Shown: piece after piece, positions 53,591 through 62,863 of the stretch
Layout of the letters: each line of letters begins with the position of its first letter
Numbering within the stretch: position 1 is the first letter of the stretch
DNA from: a virus
Lineage: Duplodnaviria > Heunggongvirae > Uroviricota > Caudoviricetes
Virus record (IMG/VR): IMGVR_UViG_3300037851_000345
Span: 124,067-188,066 of that record
Length of the DNA stretch: 64,000 nt
Reading direction: 5' to 3' (one strand)
Notes under the pieces: model-generated
Told to the model about the DNA's origin: nothing
Databases searched by the model: none
Seen by the model: only the letters and a program-made list of their open reading frames with translations
Program-made: the position numbers and the translations under genes

Positions 53591-54027
53591 TGACTAACAG
53601 TCCTTTTAATCCGCATGGTGCTTGGGGTTCGGAAGATATCGAAGACTTGGAAAAGCGCAGGAAAAACACCTTTCGTAAGGATAAGGAAATCAACGACCTA
53701 ATCAAAGAGATGCAGAGAATCGGGATCAAGCGTTTCCGTGAAATGTTTGGTCTTGAAATCTACAACGATATTAAAGAGTTGGCCAACCGTGAGCGGAAAC
53801 TCTTTCCGTTGAAGGAGAAAATCCGCTTGCAGTCGAAGTTAAAGCACGACCTGCCGATGTGCGAAAAGTGCGTCAATTGGAACGGCATTCGCCCTAATTC
53901 GAAGCCCTGCCCGTTCGACAACGAAAACTACGAAAAGAATATTACGTTTGAATCTAACGAATTATTTCACGAGTCCCTGCCTACTGAGGTTTGCGACAAA
54001 TTCGTTTGGAAAAAAGATGATAAGTAA
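53590..54027 (+). CDS. hypothetical protein (Cys-containing)
   Basis: 145 aa ORF. Confidence 0.4.
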   Translation: MTNSPFNPHGAWGSEDIEDLEKRRKNTFRKDKEINDLIKEMQRIGIKRFREMFGLEIYNDIKELANRERKLFPLKEKIRLQSKLKHDLPMCEKCVNWNGIRPNSKPCPFDNENYEKNITFESNELFHESLPTEVCDKFVWKKDDK

Positions 54028-54334
54028 GCAAGACAAGCAAAGACTGTTGAACAAGTTCAAGTTCATTGAAAAGATGAATGGCTACAGTGGCAAAGCGTGG
54101 TGGCGAGATACTGACTGCACCTGTCAACGTTGCCAACTCAATTTTCTTTTGAACGAAGAAGGAGAAACATCCAAGTGCCAAAACCTGAGAAAGCGGCTTT
54201 GCTACGACTTTAAAATCGATGACATCAACGAAAAAGACCACAATTTGAACGGCTACGAAGGCCCAGCCTGTGTGGAATTTCTTAGAAGACCTATATTAAA
54301 GGATAATTTAGGTACAAAAACCCTTGACAAGTAG
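54017..54334 (+). CDS. hypothetical Cys-rich protein
   Basis: Start trimmed to the internal Met. Confidence 0.3.
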   Translation: MISKQDKQRLLNKFKFIEKMNGYSGKAWWRDTDCTCQRCQLNFLLNEEGETSKCQNLRKRLCYDFKIDDINEKDHNLNGYEGPACVEFLRRPILKDNLGTKTLDK

Positions 54335-54352
54335 GGGGTTATTGGTTATAAT
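54324..54352 (+). promoter_or_regulatory. sigma70-type promoter TTGACA-17-TATAAT
   Basis: cTTGACAagtagggggttattggtTATAAT lies upstream of the vWA gene. Confidence 0.55.
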
Positions 54353-54379
54353 ATAAGTGATGATAAAGGAGACGAAATA

Positions 54380-55666
54380 ATGGCTAATATGACCGTGACT
54401 GAGAAAATCACGTACGCCAAATGCCGTCTGTTAATTCGGCATCGGCTGTTTGGTGGGCTTCTGTTGGAGTTCCCTATTGAGGAAACCACTCGCCCTGACA
54501 TCGACACGATGGCAACCGACAACGTGAAAATTATGTACAACAAGGGTTTCGTTGAAAAGTTAAACAAGAATCAGGTCATGACATGCCTTCTGCACGAACT
54601 TCAGCACATCCTCTTCAAACACTTCATGCGCTTTAACATCCACAACAGCATCAAGAATGAGGCTGACCGCAAGCAGTTGAACTTCGCTCTCGACTACGCC
54701 ATCAATTCCATCATCATCAACGAAATGGCTACCAAGGACAACCTGTTGGAGTTCCCGAAGGGCATCCTGTACGATGAGGCCTTCAAAGGCATGAACGCCG
54801 AGAAAATTCTTTCCCTTCTGAAAGAAGAGCAGAAGAAAAACCCTAGCAAGTACGATCAGCGGATGCAGAGTAACGCAGGGGATTTCGGTCAGTTCGACAA
54901 CCATGGTGCGAGTTCAGAAATGACGGGCGATGGTGTTGCTAGTACCAAGAAAAAGACGGGCAAAAGTTTACAAGACCAAATGAACGATATCGACAAGAAA
55001 ATCTTCAAGACCGCTTCGAGTCTGAGGGAAAAGGAAAAGGGCGATGTTCCTGCCGAAATACAGAGGCTCATTGACGAATACATGGAAGAGTTGGAAGGTC
55101 ATATCAATTGGAAGCGCTTCATCAAGCGCAAGATTCAGGAAATCGGGCGTGGGCAATACACTACTGCCAAGGTCAACCGCGCCTACCTTCCTTATGGCCT
55201 GTATCTACCAGGGCAGACGGGTTCGAAGGCCAAGGTTGCTCTTGCTCTTGACACGTCAGGCTCAATCTCTCAGGAAGATATCATTGAGTTCGTCGGTGAA
55301 CTGAAATCGATGCTCAGGATGATGCCATTCTTAGAGATCATTCTGTACGGTTGCGATTCCATAATTCACGGGAAGACCCGTATCAAGGGTTTGAAGAATT
55401 TCCGCAATGATGTCAACAAGGTGCTGACAGGCGGCGGCGGTACGTCTTTCATTCCCGTTTTCGAAGACTTGGCGAAGCACAAGGACAAGGACATCAAGGC
55501 TCTGTTTTACTTCACGGACGGCTACGGGGACCAGAACCAAATCGAACAGGCTGTCGGCAAGTTCAATTGGGAAACCTTTTGGGTCTTGCAAAAGGGCAAC
55601 AGGGAAATAGAGTTCCCGTTCGGCCAGAAAATCATCATGTGGAATGATGAGAAGGAAAGGGAATAA
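54380..55666 (+). CDS. vWA-domain protein with N-terminal HExxH putative metallopeptidase domain (DUF2201-like architecture)
   Basis: LHELQHILFKH is an HExxH motif. ALDTSGSIS is a MIDAS DxSGS motif, with FYFTDGYGD further on. Confidence 0.55.
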   Translation: MANMTVTEKITYAKCRLLIRHRLFGGLLLEFPIEETTRPDIDTMATDNVKIMYNKGFVEKLNKNQVMTCLLHELQHILFKHFMRFNIHNSIKNEADRKQLNFALDYAINSIIINEMATKDNLLEFPKGILYDEAFKGMNAEKILSLLKEEQKKNPSKYDQRMQSNAGDFGQFDNHGASSEMTGDGVASTKKKTGKSLQDQMNDIDKKIFKTASSLREKEKGDVPAEIQRLIDEYMEELEGHINWKRFIKRKIQEIGRGQYTTAKVNRAYLPYGLYLPGQTGSKAKVALALDTSGSISQEDIIEFVGELKSMLRMMPFLEIILYGCDSIIHGKTRIKGLKNFRNDVNKVLTGGGGTSFIPVFEDLAKHKDKDIKALFYFTDGYGDQNQIEQAVGKFNWETFWVLQKGNREIEFPFGQKIIMWNDEKERE

Positions 55667-55668
55667 AA

Positions 55669-56388
55669 ATGAAGAACAAAAAGGTGGTGAAGGAACAATC
55701 ACTTTGGAAATGTATCCCCGAGAATTTCAAAAGCAACGGCCACAAGTGGGAGATTGGCAAATGGTTCCACATGGACGACGAAGTTAAACTGTGCAAGCGA
55801 GGTTTCCATGCATCGCCGACTATTCTGGATGCCATGATTTACGTTGTTCCGGGTTGGATATGCCGCGTGAGGGTCAAGGGACAGTCCGATGTGTCGGATG
55901 ATAAGTCCTGCCATTCCGACATGATGATCATCGAGCGCAGGGCGTGGACGAAAGAAATGTCAGTCAAACTGGCCATCTATGCAGCCGAACTGTGCATAGA
56001 TAACTACGAAAGAAAATATCCCAACGATGATAGACCCAGAAAAGCAATCGAAGCGGCAAAAGCCTGGCTGAAAAATCCGTGTGACGAAACAGAGAACACG
56101 GCGAGTGCGACGTGGAGCGCGGCGTGGAGCGCGGCGAGTGCGACGTGGAGCGCGACGAGTGCGACGTGGGGCGCGGCGTGGAGCGCGGCATGGTGCGCAG
56201 AGAGCGCGGCGAGTGCGACGTGGAGCGCGGCGAGTGCGACGTGGAGCACGGCGTTGAGCGCGGCGTTGAGCGCGACGGGGTGCGCGGCGAGTGCGGCGGC
56301 GAAACAAAAAACACTGAACAAAATCGAAAAGAAAATAAAAGAATTATGCGGAATAAAAAATGCAAATATCTACAAAATCTTCGATTAA
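55669..56388 (+). CDS. hypothetical protein with SA(A/T)WSA tandem-repeat region
   Basis: The C-terminal third is encoded by a GC-rich tandem DNA repeat. It ends with a KTLNKIEKKIKEL motif shared with the 58215 ORF. Confidence 0.45.
   Translation: MKNKKVVKEQSLWKCIPENFKSNGHKWEIGKWFHMDDEVKLCKRGFHASPTILDAMIYVVPGWICRVRVKGQSDVSDDKSCHSDMMIIERRAWTKEMSVKLAIYAAELCIDNYERKYPNDDRPRKAIEAAKAWLKNPCDETENTASATWSAAWSAASATWSATSATWGAAWSAAWCAESAASATWSAASATWSTALSAALSATGCAASAAAKQKTLNKIEKKIKELCGIKNANIYKIFD
56101..56303 (+). repeat. GC-rich tandem repeat (unit about 15-21 nt, GCGAGTGCGACGTGGAGCGCG)
   Basis: About 10 imperfect direct copies, far more GC-rich than the surroundings. A short second copy lies at about 58405-58449. 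Confidence 0.7.
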
Positions 56389-56397
56389 TACTGCTTT

Positions 56398-56781
56398 TTG
56401 CAAGGAGGAAAAATGAACAAATACTGCCCTGCAGGGAAGTGTGAGTGTGAGAAATTTATTACCGTAAATGTTTGGAGTAAATTTCTTGGTGCTTGTAAAG
56501 CAATAAATCCAGTAGGTGATATAAGTGCAGTACGCTATGAGGTCTGCCCCTACCCCAGCCGTCAAGTGCGTCTTGAAAACAAATCACTGTGGATGAGTCT
56601 AATGATCGATGCAAACACGCAGAATTGTTTCAATTCCGGTCGCACCGCTGGCATTGATGCGGCGATAGGGGCGGTAAAGAATGTTTGTGAAAAAATATTC
56701 AAATCGAATGTTATTTACGGGCCATTTGCGGCATTAGATGAATCCGTCGCCGCCATCTCTGCGCTGAAGGAGGAATTGTGA
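56398..56781 (+). CDS. hypothetical Cys-rich protein
   Basis: 127 aa ORF with SD aggaggaaaaatg. Confidence 0.35.
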   Translation: MQGGKMNKYCPAGKCECEKFITVNVWSKFLGACKAINPVGDISAVRYEVCPYPSRQVRLENKSLWMSLMIDANTQNCFNSGRTAGIDAAIGAVKNVCEKIFKSNVIYGPFAALDESVAAISALKEEL

Positions 56782-57062
56782 TATTTTTGCCTTGCTATTC
56801 GCTAATAAAAAACGATTGTCACGGTGAATGCCAAGGCCAAGGTTCTTGTCCGTGGTGCCATAATTTTTATTCTGACAAAGAAAGCAGAATAAAAAAAATA
56901 ACGCGACGGAGGGTTGTTTGGTTTGTTGTTAGCAAAAACATACCAGCAGAAATTGCTTGTAAATGGAAATTTTTTATTCATCGAAAAGAAATAAAAAAAT
57001 TAGTTAAAGATTGCTGCGATGTTATTGAGCAAAAAAGGAGGAAGCATGACACCGGATCGTGA
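56778..57062 (+). CDS. hypothetical Cys-rich protein
   Basis: 94 aa ORF with CHGECQGQGSCPWCHN. Confidence 0.3.
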   Translation: MIFLPCYSLIKNDCHGECQGQGSCPWCHNFYSDKESRIKKITRRRVVWFVVSKNIPAEIACKWKFFIHRKEIKKLVKDCCDVIEQKRRKHDTGS

Positions 57063-57209
57063 AAAAAAAAATCAATGGTAGGTTGATTGAAGAATACTAC
57101 TGGGCTGGAAAATGGGTTGTGTATGTTGACAACCGCGCAGTGAGCGATACGTTCGAGCAGGTGCTCGACCTAATCCTTCACGGACAAGAGCCCAATTGGG
57201 AGGGGAAGC

Positions 57210-57719
57210 GTGAGCGTTGAATTGAAGACGTGTGTGTGGACTGCGAATAAAGTAAAAGAAGCACTCTTTGAAATGGCAAATTATCATGGGGTGTATATCA
57301 ATGAATTTACATATGGCAGACTTCGGCTTGACGCAATTATTATTGATGTTGCACATAGATGGATTCGTGGGTTTGAAATCAAAGTTAGCAGGGCCGACTT
57401 CTTGTCAGACACAAAATGGGTTGAATATTCACAGGTGGTTTCCTCTTTAAGTATTGTTTGTCCAGATGGATTAATTGACAAGTCGGAAATCGAAAGTCCA
57501 TTCGGCTTACTTTACGTTTCAAAAAATAAATACAATCACTATCAATATCAATGGGTTAAAAGGCCGAAATGTTTTGAACGCCGAAACTCCCTATCATGGC
57601 TTTACACCTACACAAAAGTAATTGAAGCTGAATTGCCACGCATGAACGCCGAAATTGGCAGGCTTATTGGTAAAATTAAATATTTAAACACCCGCGCCAG
57701 CGGTGAGGAGGAGAAATGA
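57210..57719 (+). CDS. PD-(D/E)XK nuclease-like protein
   Basis: RLDAIIIDVAHRWIRGFEIKVSRADF resembles a D..(D/E).K core. Tentative. Confidence 0.35.
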   Translation: MSVELKTCVWTANKVKEALFEMANYHGVYINEFTYGRLRLDAIIIDVAHRWIRGFEIKVSRADFLSDTKWVEYSQVVSSLSIVCPDGLIDKSEIESPFGLLYVSKNKYNHYQYQWVKRPKCFERRNSLSWLYTYTKVIEAELPRMNAEIGRLIGKIKYLNTRASGEEEK

Positions 57720-57982
57720 AAAACGAACCCGCATTCCCGTATTTTTGTAGCTACAAAGACTTGAATGACAATCAATATTCAGAAGGACATCACGGCATGA
57801 CCCTGCGAGATTGGTTTGCTGGGCAGGCGTTGAATGGAATGATGGGCACATACGATCCAACGGATGGTGTTGCCACGTGCAATCCAACAGATGGTGTTGT
57901 GTGGGAACCGGATGAAGCTAAATTCATTGCCCAAAAATGTTACTTGTTTGCCGATGCCATGCTAAAGGAGCGCGAAAAATGA
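57716..57982 (+). CDS. hypothetical protein
   Basis: 88 aa ORF. Confidence 0.3.
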   Translation: MKNEPAFPYFCSYKDLNDNQYSEGHHGMTLRDWFAGQALNGMMGTYDPTDGVATCNPTDGVVWEPDEAKFIAQKCYLFADAMLKEREK

Positions 57983-58218
57983 AACAGCCATGCGTATGTG
58001 CTGGAGTTTGCGAAGATATGAATTGCGGCAACTGTAATCCGGATAACTGTTACTACTACACTCCCGACCTACTGCCGATGCTGAAAAGATGGAGAACAGT
58101 TTGTCTTGAAAGAGCGAATAGGCTTAAAAATAAATCGGAAATAAGCAAGGCGGCAATTTTACTTGGCAAATGCGAAGCGATAAGGAAAATTATCGCCCAC
58201 ATGGAGCGTAAAAAATGA
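57979..58218 (+). CDS. hypothetical Cys-rich small protein
   Basis: Start trimmed to MKQPCVC. Confidence 0.3.
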   Translation: MKQPCVCAGVCEDMNCGNCNPDNCYYYTPDLLPMLKRWRTVCLERANRLKNKSEISKAAILLGKCEAIRKIIAHMERKK

Positions 58219-58505
58219 CCCGACGCCTTAAAATGAACTTACTGCTTGCAGTGATTATCGTGATCCAATGCGCCGTGTACGCCATGCTGGTCATGGTGTC
58301 ACTCGACGTTCGCCAAAAACTGAAATACAGCCGAGATACAGTTCGCTACCTCGCCCAGGAGATCAGCTGGCAACGGATCCTTTCGGTCATCCAGGCCCGC
58401 CAGGGACGCGACCTGGAGTGCGGCGTGGAGCGCGGCGGGGAGTGCGGCCAAAAAAGAACACTGAACAAAATCGAAAACAAAATAAAACAGTTGGTCGGGC
58501 TTTAA
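58215..58505 (+). CDS. hypothetical membrane protein with short GC-rich repeat and C-terminal KTLNKIENKIKQL motif
   Basis: Has an N-terminal TM helix. The C-terminus is paralogous to the end of the 55669 protein. Confidence 0.35.
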   Translation: MTRRLKMNLLLAVIIVIQCAVYAMLVMVSLDVRQKLKYSRDTVRYLAQEISWQRILSVIQARQGRDLECGVERGGECGQKRTLNKIENKIKQLVGL

Positions 58506-58658
58506 AAGAGTAAAAAATGGAAATCAAAAACTTAACCAAAAAAGACAAAAAACGTAAAATCATTTACACTTATTCCAAAGTCAAAAAGGGGCAAAATGAA
58601 TTTGAAAAAAGTGGTGATTATTATACCGAGATTTGTGAAAAATAAAGGAGAAATAAAA

Positions 58659-58910
58659 ATGTCTATTAGTTACGATGTGTATGTGGATATTTGGTGCAGT
58701 CGTTGCACTAATCCAATTGACAACGAAGATGATGTCATCTGCAAGTCTTGCCACGAGAAAGATATCAAGGAAAAGTTGCAGGAAGCAAACGAAGCCCTAG
58801 AATTGCTTCGTCCCTACGTGAGCGAGGCCACGCTGATGAAGCCTGTCGAGATTTCGGGCGAGGTTGCCTTTAAACTGAAGGAAGCGATTCGCAGTATTAC
58901 GGGGTGTTAA
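58659..58910 (+). CDS. hypothetical small Cys-containing protein
   Basis: Start set to the Met after SD aaaggagaaataaaaatg. Confidence 0.35.
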   Translation: MSISYDVYVDIWCSRCTNPIDNEDDVICKSCHEKDIKEKLQEANEALELLRPYVSEATLMKPVEISGEVAFKLKEAIRSITGC

Positions 58911-59321
58911 ATGAGCAGTTCACAACTAGGATTGGGTGTGATGATTCGAATGTTGGGCGGGAACGAGGAAACTATTAACGCCCTAAAGGGAGCCATCGGC
59001 AAGAAAATCACGAAGGCCGAATGGGACGGTGATTACATCAAGATTTGGTTCAGCAAGGACAAAGGGATTCAGATTTGGGATGGCGGTCAGAGTTGTTGTG
59101 AACACCGCTACATCACCACGGACGATAACCCTGCCGGCCTTGTGGGGAAGAAACTGACGAACATCGAAATCGCTGATGCGCCTGACGTTGAGGACGGCGG
59201 CGAGTGCCATGAAGTTCAATTCCTTCGGATTCATGCCGAAGATGAAACTGTCGTGTTTGAAACCCACAACGAACACAATGGCTACTACGGCGGATTTTGG
59301 ATTCAGGTCAAGGAGATTTAA
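58911..59321 (+). CDS. hypothetical protein
   Basis: 136 aa ORF. Confidence 0.4.
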   Translation: MSSSQLGLGVMIRMLGGNEETINALKGAIGKKITKAEWDGDYIKIWFSKDKGIQIWDGGQSCCEHRYITTDDNPAGLVGKKLTNIEIADAPDVEDGGECHEVQFLRIHAEDETVVFETHNEHNGYYGGFWIQVKEI

Positions 59322-59528
59322 AATGAGTGAAGAACAAAAAGGCCTAAAATTAAAGTAATGATTACTCTTTGGGACGAGAGTAAAGTTGAAATGATGATTA
59401 CTTCAGACAACCCAAATTCAGATGTTAAAATAATGATGAAGAGCGTCATCCGAGACGGCTTATTTTCTGAGGACGGTCAGAAAATTATGCGGGTCAATGA
59501 AATCGAAATAATCGATTAGGAAATTAAA

Positions 59529-60569
59529 ATGTTAGCATCAATTCAAAAAATTATCGACATTCAGCCGATTGAAAATGCCAATGCCATCGAAAAAGCCTAC
59601 GTGCTTGGGTGGCAAGTGGTAGCCAAGAAGGGTGAGTTTAAAGTTGGTGATATGGTAGTCTATATTCAAATCGATACCGTCGTTCCCGACAAGCCTGAGT
59701 TCGCTTTTCTTGCGAAGGAAAAATTTCGCATCAAAACGATTAAACTCCGTGGAACACTTTCACAGGGGATTATTTTCCCGCTGTCAATTCTGCCTGTTGA
59801 ACCTTACGTCAAAGGAGAAACAGAACAAACACACACAATCTCACTCGCAAGGGATTGGAAAGAGGGTGATGATGTTTCTAAAGTCTTAGAGGTTACTCAC
59901 TACGAGAAACCCGTTCCTGGTGGTTTTAACCAAGGTGATACCAAGGGAAGTTTCCCGCGGCTGTTTCCAAAAACGGACGAAGAACGGATTCAGAACGTCC
60001 CCGAAGTTCTTAATGAACTGCGTGGTAAGTCCTACTACATTTCGACAAAGTGCGATGGGACGAGTTGCACGATTTATTTTAACCGTGGCAAGTTCGGGGT
60101 CTGCTCACGCAATATGGAGAAGAAGGACAGTGAAGGCTCTGTCTATTGGCAGATGGCTCGTAAATACGACTTGGAAAAGAAAATGCGGGAGTGGGGTGCG
60201 AACATCGCCATTCAGGGCGAGATTTGCGGCCCGGGCATCCAAAAAAACAAATTGGGTTTAACCGAATACACGCTTTTCGTTTTCGATGTGTACGACATTG
60301 ATGATGGAAAGTATCTGCCCGTTTCTAGGATGTTTCAGCTCGTTACAATGTTTGACCTGAATCGTGTCCCGTTGGTACAAATGGGCGAGGGCTTCCTTTA
60401 CAACCAAGAGCAACTCTTGGAAATGGCAAAGGGTAAGTACATCGGAACAGAGAACGACAGGGAAGGTATCGTGGTCAGAGCCATGAACGGAGACTTTTCC
60501 GAAAAATTACGGAACCGTATCAGTTTTAAGGTGCTGAATAACGACTTTCTGCTGAAGGAGAAAGAATGA
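59529..60569 (+). CDS. ATP-dependent polynucleotide ligase, second RNA-ligase candidate (Rnl2/Rnl5-like)
   Basis: TKCDGTS is motif I (KxDG), AIQGEICG is motif III-like and EGIVVR is motif IV. The N-terminal extra domain is as in DraRnl-type ligases. Confidence 0.5.
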   Translation: MLASIQKIIDIQPIENANAIEKAYVLGWQVVAKKGEFKVGDMVVYIQIDTVVPDKPEFAFLAKEKFRIKTIKLRGTLSQGIIFPLSILPVEPYVKGETEQTHTISLARDWKEGDDVSKVLEVTHYEKPVPGGFNQGDTKGSFPRLFPKTDEERIQNVPEVLNELRGKSYYISTKCDGTSCTIYFNRGKFGVCSRNMEKKDSEGSVYWQMARKYDLEKKMREWGANIAIQGEICGPGIQKNKLGLTEYTLFVFDVYDIDDGKYLPVSRMFQLVTMFDLNRVPLVQMGEGFLYNQEQLLEMAKGKYIGTENDREGIVVRAMNGDFSEKLRNRISFKVLNNDFLLKEKE

Positions 60570-60838
60570 AATTAAAACTAAAGATTTTTTCGGCCTTGTG
60601 TTCTGCCAAGGTTTTCGAAATCAACGACATCCCTGCTGACACGAGCGACTTTGGAGAATCCTATGATGCCAGCCCCGAAGAGGCCAAACGTTACGCTTGC
60701 GGGAATAGAGTGTTCGAAAGAATACCGTCCACTAAGCAAATTTTAAAAAAGTACAAAATAAATCAAAAGGAATATGACGAAATCGCTAGCGAACTTGAAG
60801 AGAAACTCTCTTGGGGTTCGTGCGGTTGGTGCGTCTAG
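60566..60838 (+). CDS. hypothetical small protein
   Basis: 90 aa ORF. Confidence 0.3.
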   Translation: MKLKLKIFSALCSAKVFEINDIPADTSDFGESYDASPEEAKRYACGNRVFERIPSTKQILKKYKINQKEYDEIASELEEKLSWGSCGWCV

Positions 60839-60847
60839 GGAGAAAAA

Positions 60848-61117
60848 ATGAATTGGTTAATTCGTAAATATCGGATTTGGAAAATCAAACGCAACACTAT
60901 GCAGGGGATGAAAGATATGTCCTACCTGAAACATATAAGTCGTGTATTTTTCATCAGCTCGACCATCGGCTTCATCGACAGCACTCTTCATTCCTTTCCT
61001 GAACTTACCAAAAGGATTTTGATTATCGTTGCTCTTGCCGCTGTATCAGGTGTTTTCATCGTGCAGACGATCAACTACTTGAGGGCCTCTTTCAAGAAGG
61101 AAGTTCTTTACAAATGA
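60848..61117 (+). CDS. hypothetical small membrane protein
   Basis: 89 aa ORF with 2 hydrophobic helices. Confidence 0.3.
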   Translation: MNWLIRKYRIWKIKRNTMQGMKDMSYLKHISRVFFISSTIGFIDSTLHSFPELTKRILIIVALAAVSGVFIVQTINYLRASFKKEVLYK

Positions 61118-61365
61118 CGATTCCCCAAAGAATAAATATTGTTAAGGAGGGGCCAATGACGATAAAGGAGTTAATCAAGGTTCTAAAAACCTACAACCAA
61201 AATGCTGAAGTTCGGGTAATCGCTGACCGCCAAAGGGGAGACACTTGCCCCGCAACGCTGATTCGGGAATTAAACGAACATGCCGCTTCCAGAGTGGGCT
61301 TTGCCGCAAGAATGATTGACGAGGAAAAGGAAAAGAAGAAAACCAAACGGGTTGTGATAGGATAG
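61114..61365 (+). CDS. hypothetical small protein
   Basis: 83 aa ORF. Confidence 0.3.
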   Translation: MTIPQRINIVKEGPMTIKELIKVLKTYNQNAEVRVIADRQRGDTCPATLIRELNEHAASRVGFAARMIDEEKEKKKTKRVVIG

Positions 61366-61368
61366 AAT

Positions 61369-61581
61369 ATGAGAGTTATCAGACACGTTTTGTACGAGGA
61401 AATCGAAGACTACGATGCCTACGAGTTTTTCCTGATGAAGTACAAATGCACTTGCGAAAAAGAATTTAAAACCATTGGGATTCAGAAAGGGTGCAATGAA
61501 ATCAAGAAGGAATTCAAGCAGTTAATTCCGACCAATAACATCCACCAAAAACAAGTCGTGGCAATTTACTTAGAGGAATAA
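61369..61581 (+). CDS. hypothetical small protein
   Basis: 70 aa ORF. Confidence 0.3.
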   Translation: MRVIRHVLYEEIEDYDAYEFFLMKYKCTCEKEFKTIGIQKGCNEIKKEFKQLIPTNNIHQKQVVAIYLEE

Positions 61582-61860
61582 ATGGCAACTTACAGCAACA
61601 AGGGAGAAAAGAAATCGTTGGGTGATTGCATTATCACCGCAGTAGCCGACTTCGGAGAGGACTTAATATACGCATCCGAAATCGAATTTATCAACCTAGA
61701 AAATCTGAAGGGCACTTCCAATTTACCCGTACAGTTCTTCCTTATCAATCTGAGCATCGACAAGGTGCTGATATCGATAAAGGAACGCCTTCCTGATTTG
61801 CTCCCGCCATTCAAAGAGTACAGGAAAACACGAGAAAATAAAAAAGAAAATAAAGACTAA
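61582..61860 (+). CDS. hypothetical small protein
   Basis: 92 aa ORF. Confidence 0.3.
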   Translation: MATYSNKGEKKSLGDCIITAVADFGEDLIYASEIEFINLENLKGTSNLPVQFFLINLSIDKVLISIKERLPDLLPPFKEYRKTRENKKENKD

Positions 61861-61914
61861 ACGAAAAAATTTAAGAATGAATAAGAAAGGATTTACATTT
61901 ATTGAGGGTTTAAT

Positions 61915-62190
61915 TTGTATTTGTGGTCCATCATTTTCTTACTTGTAATTTCCAATTATATCGACTCTATAGAGAAGGCAAGAGCGGAGAAACACGATGA
62001 CTACACAATGCCCGTTCAGGAAGTCAAGGAACAGGTCAGGTCGAACCGCATCAGCATCAGCGGGGTCGGGGAAGCAGGGTCTATCACTTATTACATCGTG
62101 AAAGACCTGAACAACGGACAGGAATATTTGGTAGGGAAACTAATCTACTTTGACAAGGCAGGAGTTTCAATCACAAGGATGGAGAGATAA
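61915..62190 (+). CDS. hypothetical small membrane protein
   Basis: 91 aa ORF with an N-terminal TM helix. Confidence 0.3.
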   Translation: MYLWSIIFLLVISNYIDSIEKARAEKHDDYTMPVQEVKEQVRSNRISISGVGEAGSITYYIVKDLNNGQEYLVGKLIYFDKAGVSITRMER

Positions 62191-62192
62191 GA

Positions 62193-62579
62193 ATGATATC
62201 AGAGTTTTTTAAAATCAAGAAGAGAAAAGCGGAAGAAGAACGTATCGAAAAATTGGAAAAGGCTAGGGACTTGTGGCTTAACTACCAAATCCATTACATC
62301 ATCTACAACATCCATCACAAAGACCCGATAACGGGAAAAGTGAAAATTTTTAAATTCCCGAAGGAAATTTCCCGCAAAACACAACAAGAGGCTTATAAAA
62401 AAGATAAAACCACTTGGCAAACAATTGTCATCAAAGAAGGACATAGTTTACTGAGCAAAAATGTGGGATATTGGATTGGGGGGAGTGCCAACAGAGGAAC
62501 AGTTATACAAGAACCCCTTGATGTTGATTTTAAGGAAATCGACAAGGCCGAGTTCGTCAAAACAGAAACAAAGAGATGA
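62193..62579 (+). CDS. hypothetical protein
   Basis: 128 aa ORF. Confidence 0.35.
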   Translation: MISEFFKIKKRKAEEERIEKLEKARDLWLNYQIHYIIYNIHHKDPITGKVKIFKFPKEISRKTQQEAYKKDKTTWQTIVIKEGHSLLSKNVGYWIGGSANRGTVIQEPLDVDFKEIDKAEFVKTETKR

Positions 62580-62863
62580 TTCCTGACAAGTACACGCTTT
62601 GGAAAACCCTACACCCTGATGAATGGCATTGTAAGTATTGCCGCAAGGCATTAGGGGTAAATATTTGTGTGGATTTTCTTTTTGCCGATGATGGATACGA
62701 CAAAGACTGTAGGCGGTTCCTAGAAGAAGGGAATTATACGACCCCCGTTGTGGAAGAAAGAATAATCGCCCACCTAAAAAGAATAGAAAATGATACCCAA
62801 GACCTGTCCCCTGAGCGACAAGTACAAACTACAAACCACGCTCCAAAACATATGCGCCATTAA
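62576..62863 (+). CDS. small Cys-containing protein, tandem paralog 1 of 5 (MIPDKYTLWKTLHPDEWHCKYC)
   Basis: First member of a five-gene tandem array with overlapping start-stop junctions. Confidence 0.4.
   Translation: MIPDKYTLWKTLHPDEWHCKYCRKALGVNICVDFLFADDGYDKDCRRFLEEGNYTTPVVEERIIAHLKRIENDTQDLSPERQVQTTNHAPKHMRH

Noticed and set aside
56101-56303. CRISPR array hypothesis for the GC-rich repeats
   Set aside because: The repeats are directly adjacent with no intervening unique spacers and lie inside a coding frame, so this is a simple tandem repeat.
55960-56365. Three long minus-strand ORFs (Arg/Pro/Ala-rich) over the GC-rich repeat
   Set aside because: They are artefacts of the repeat keeping all frames open. 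The plus-strand gene has a proper start, SD context and a conserved C-terminal motif.
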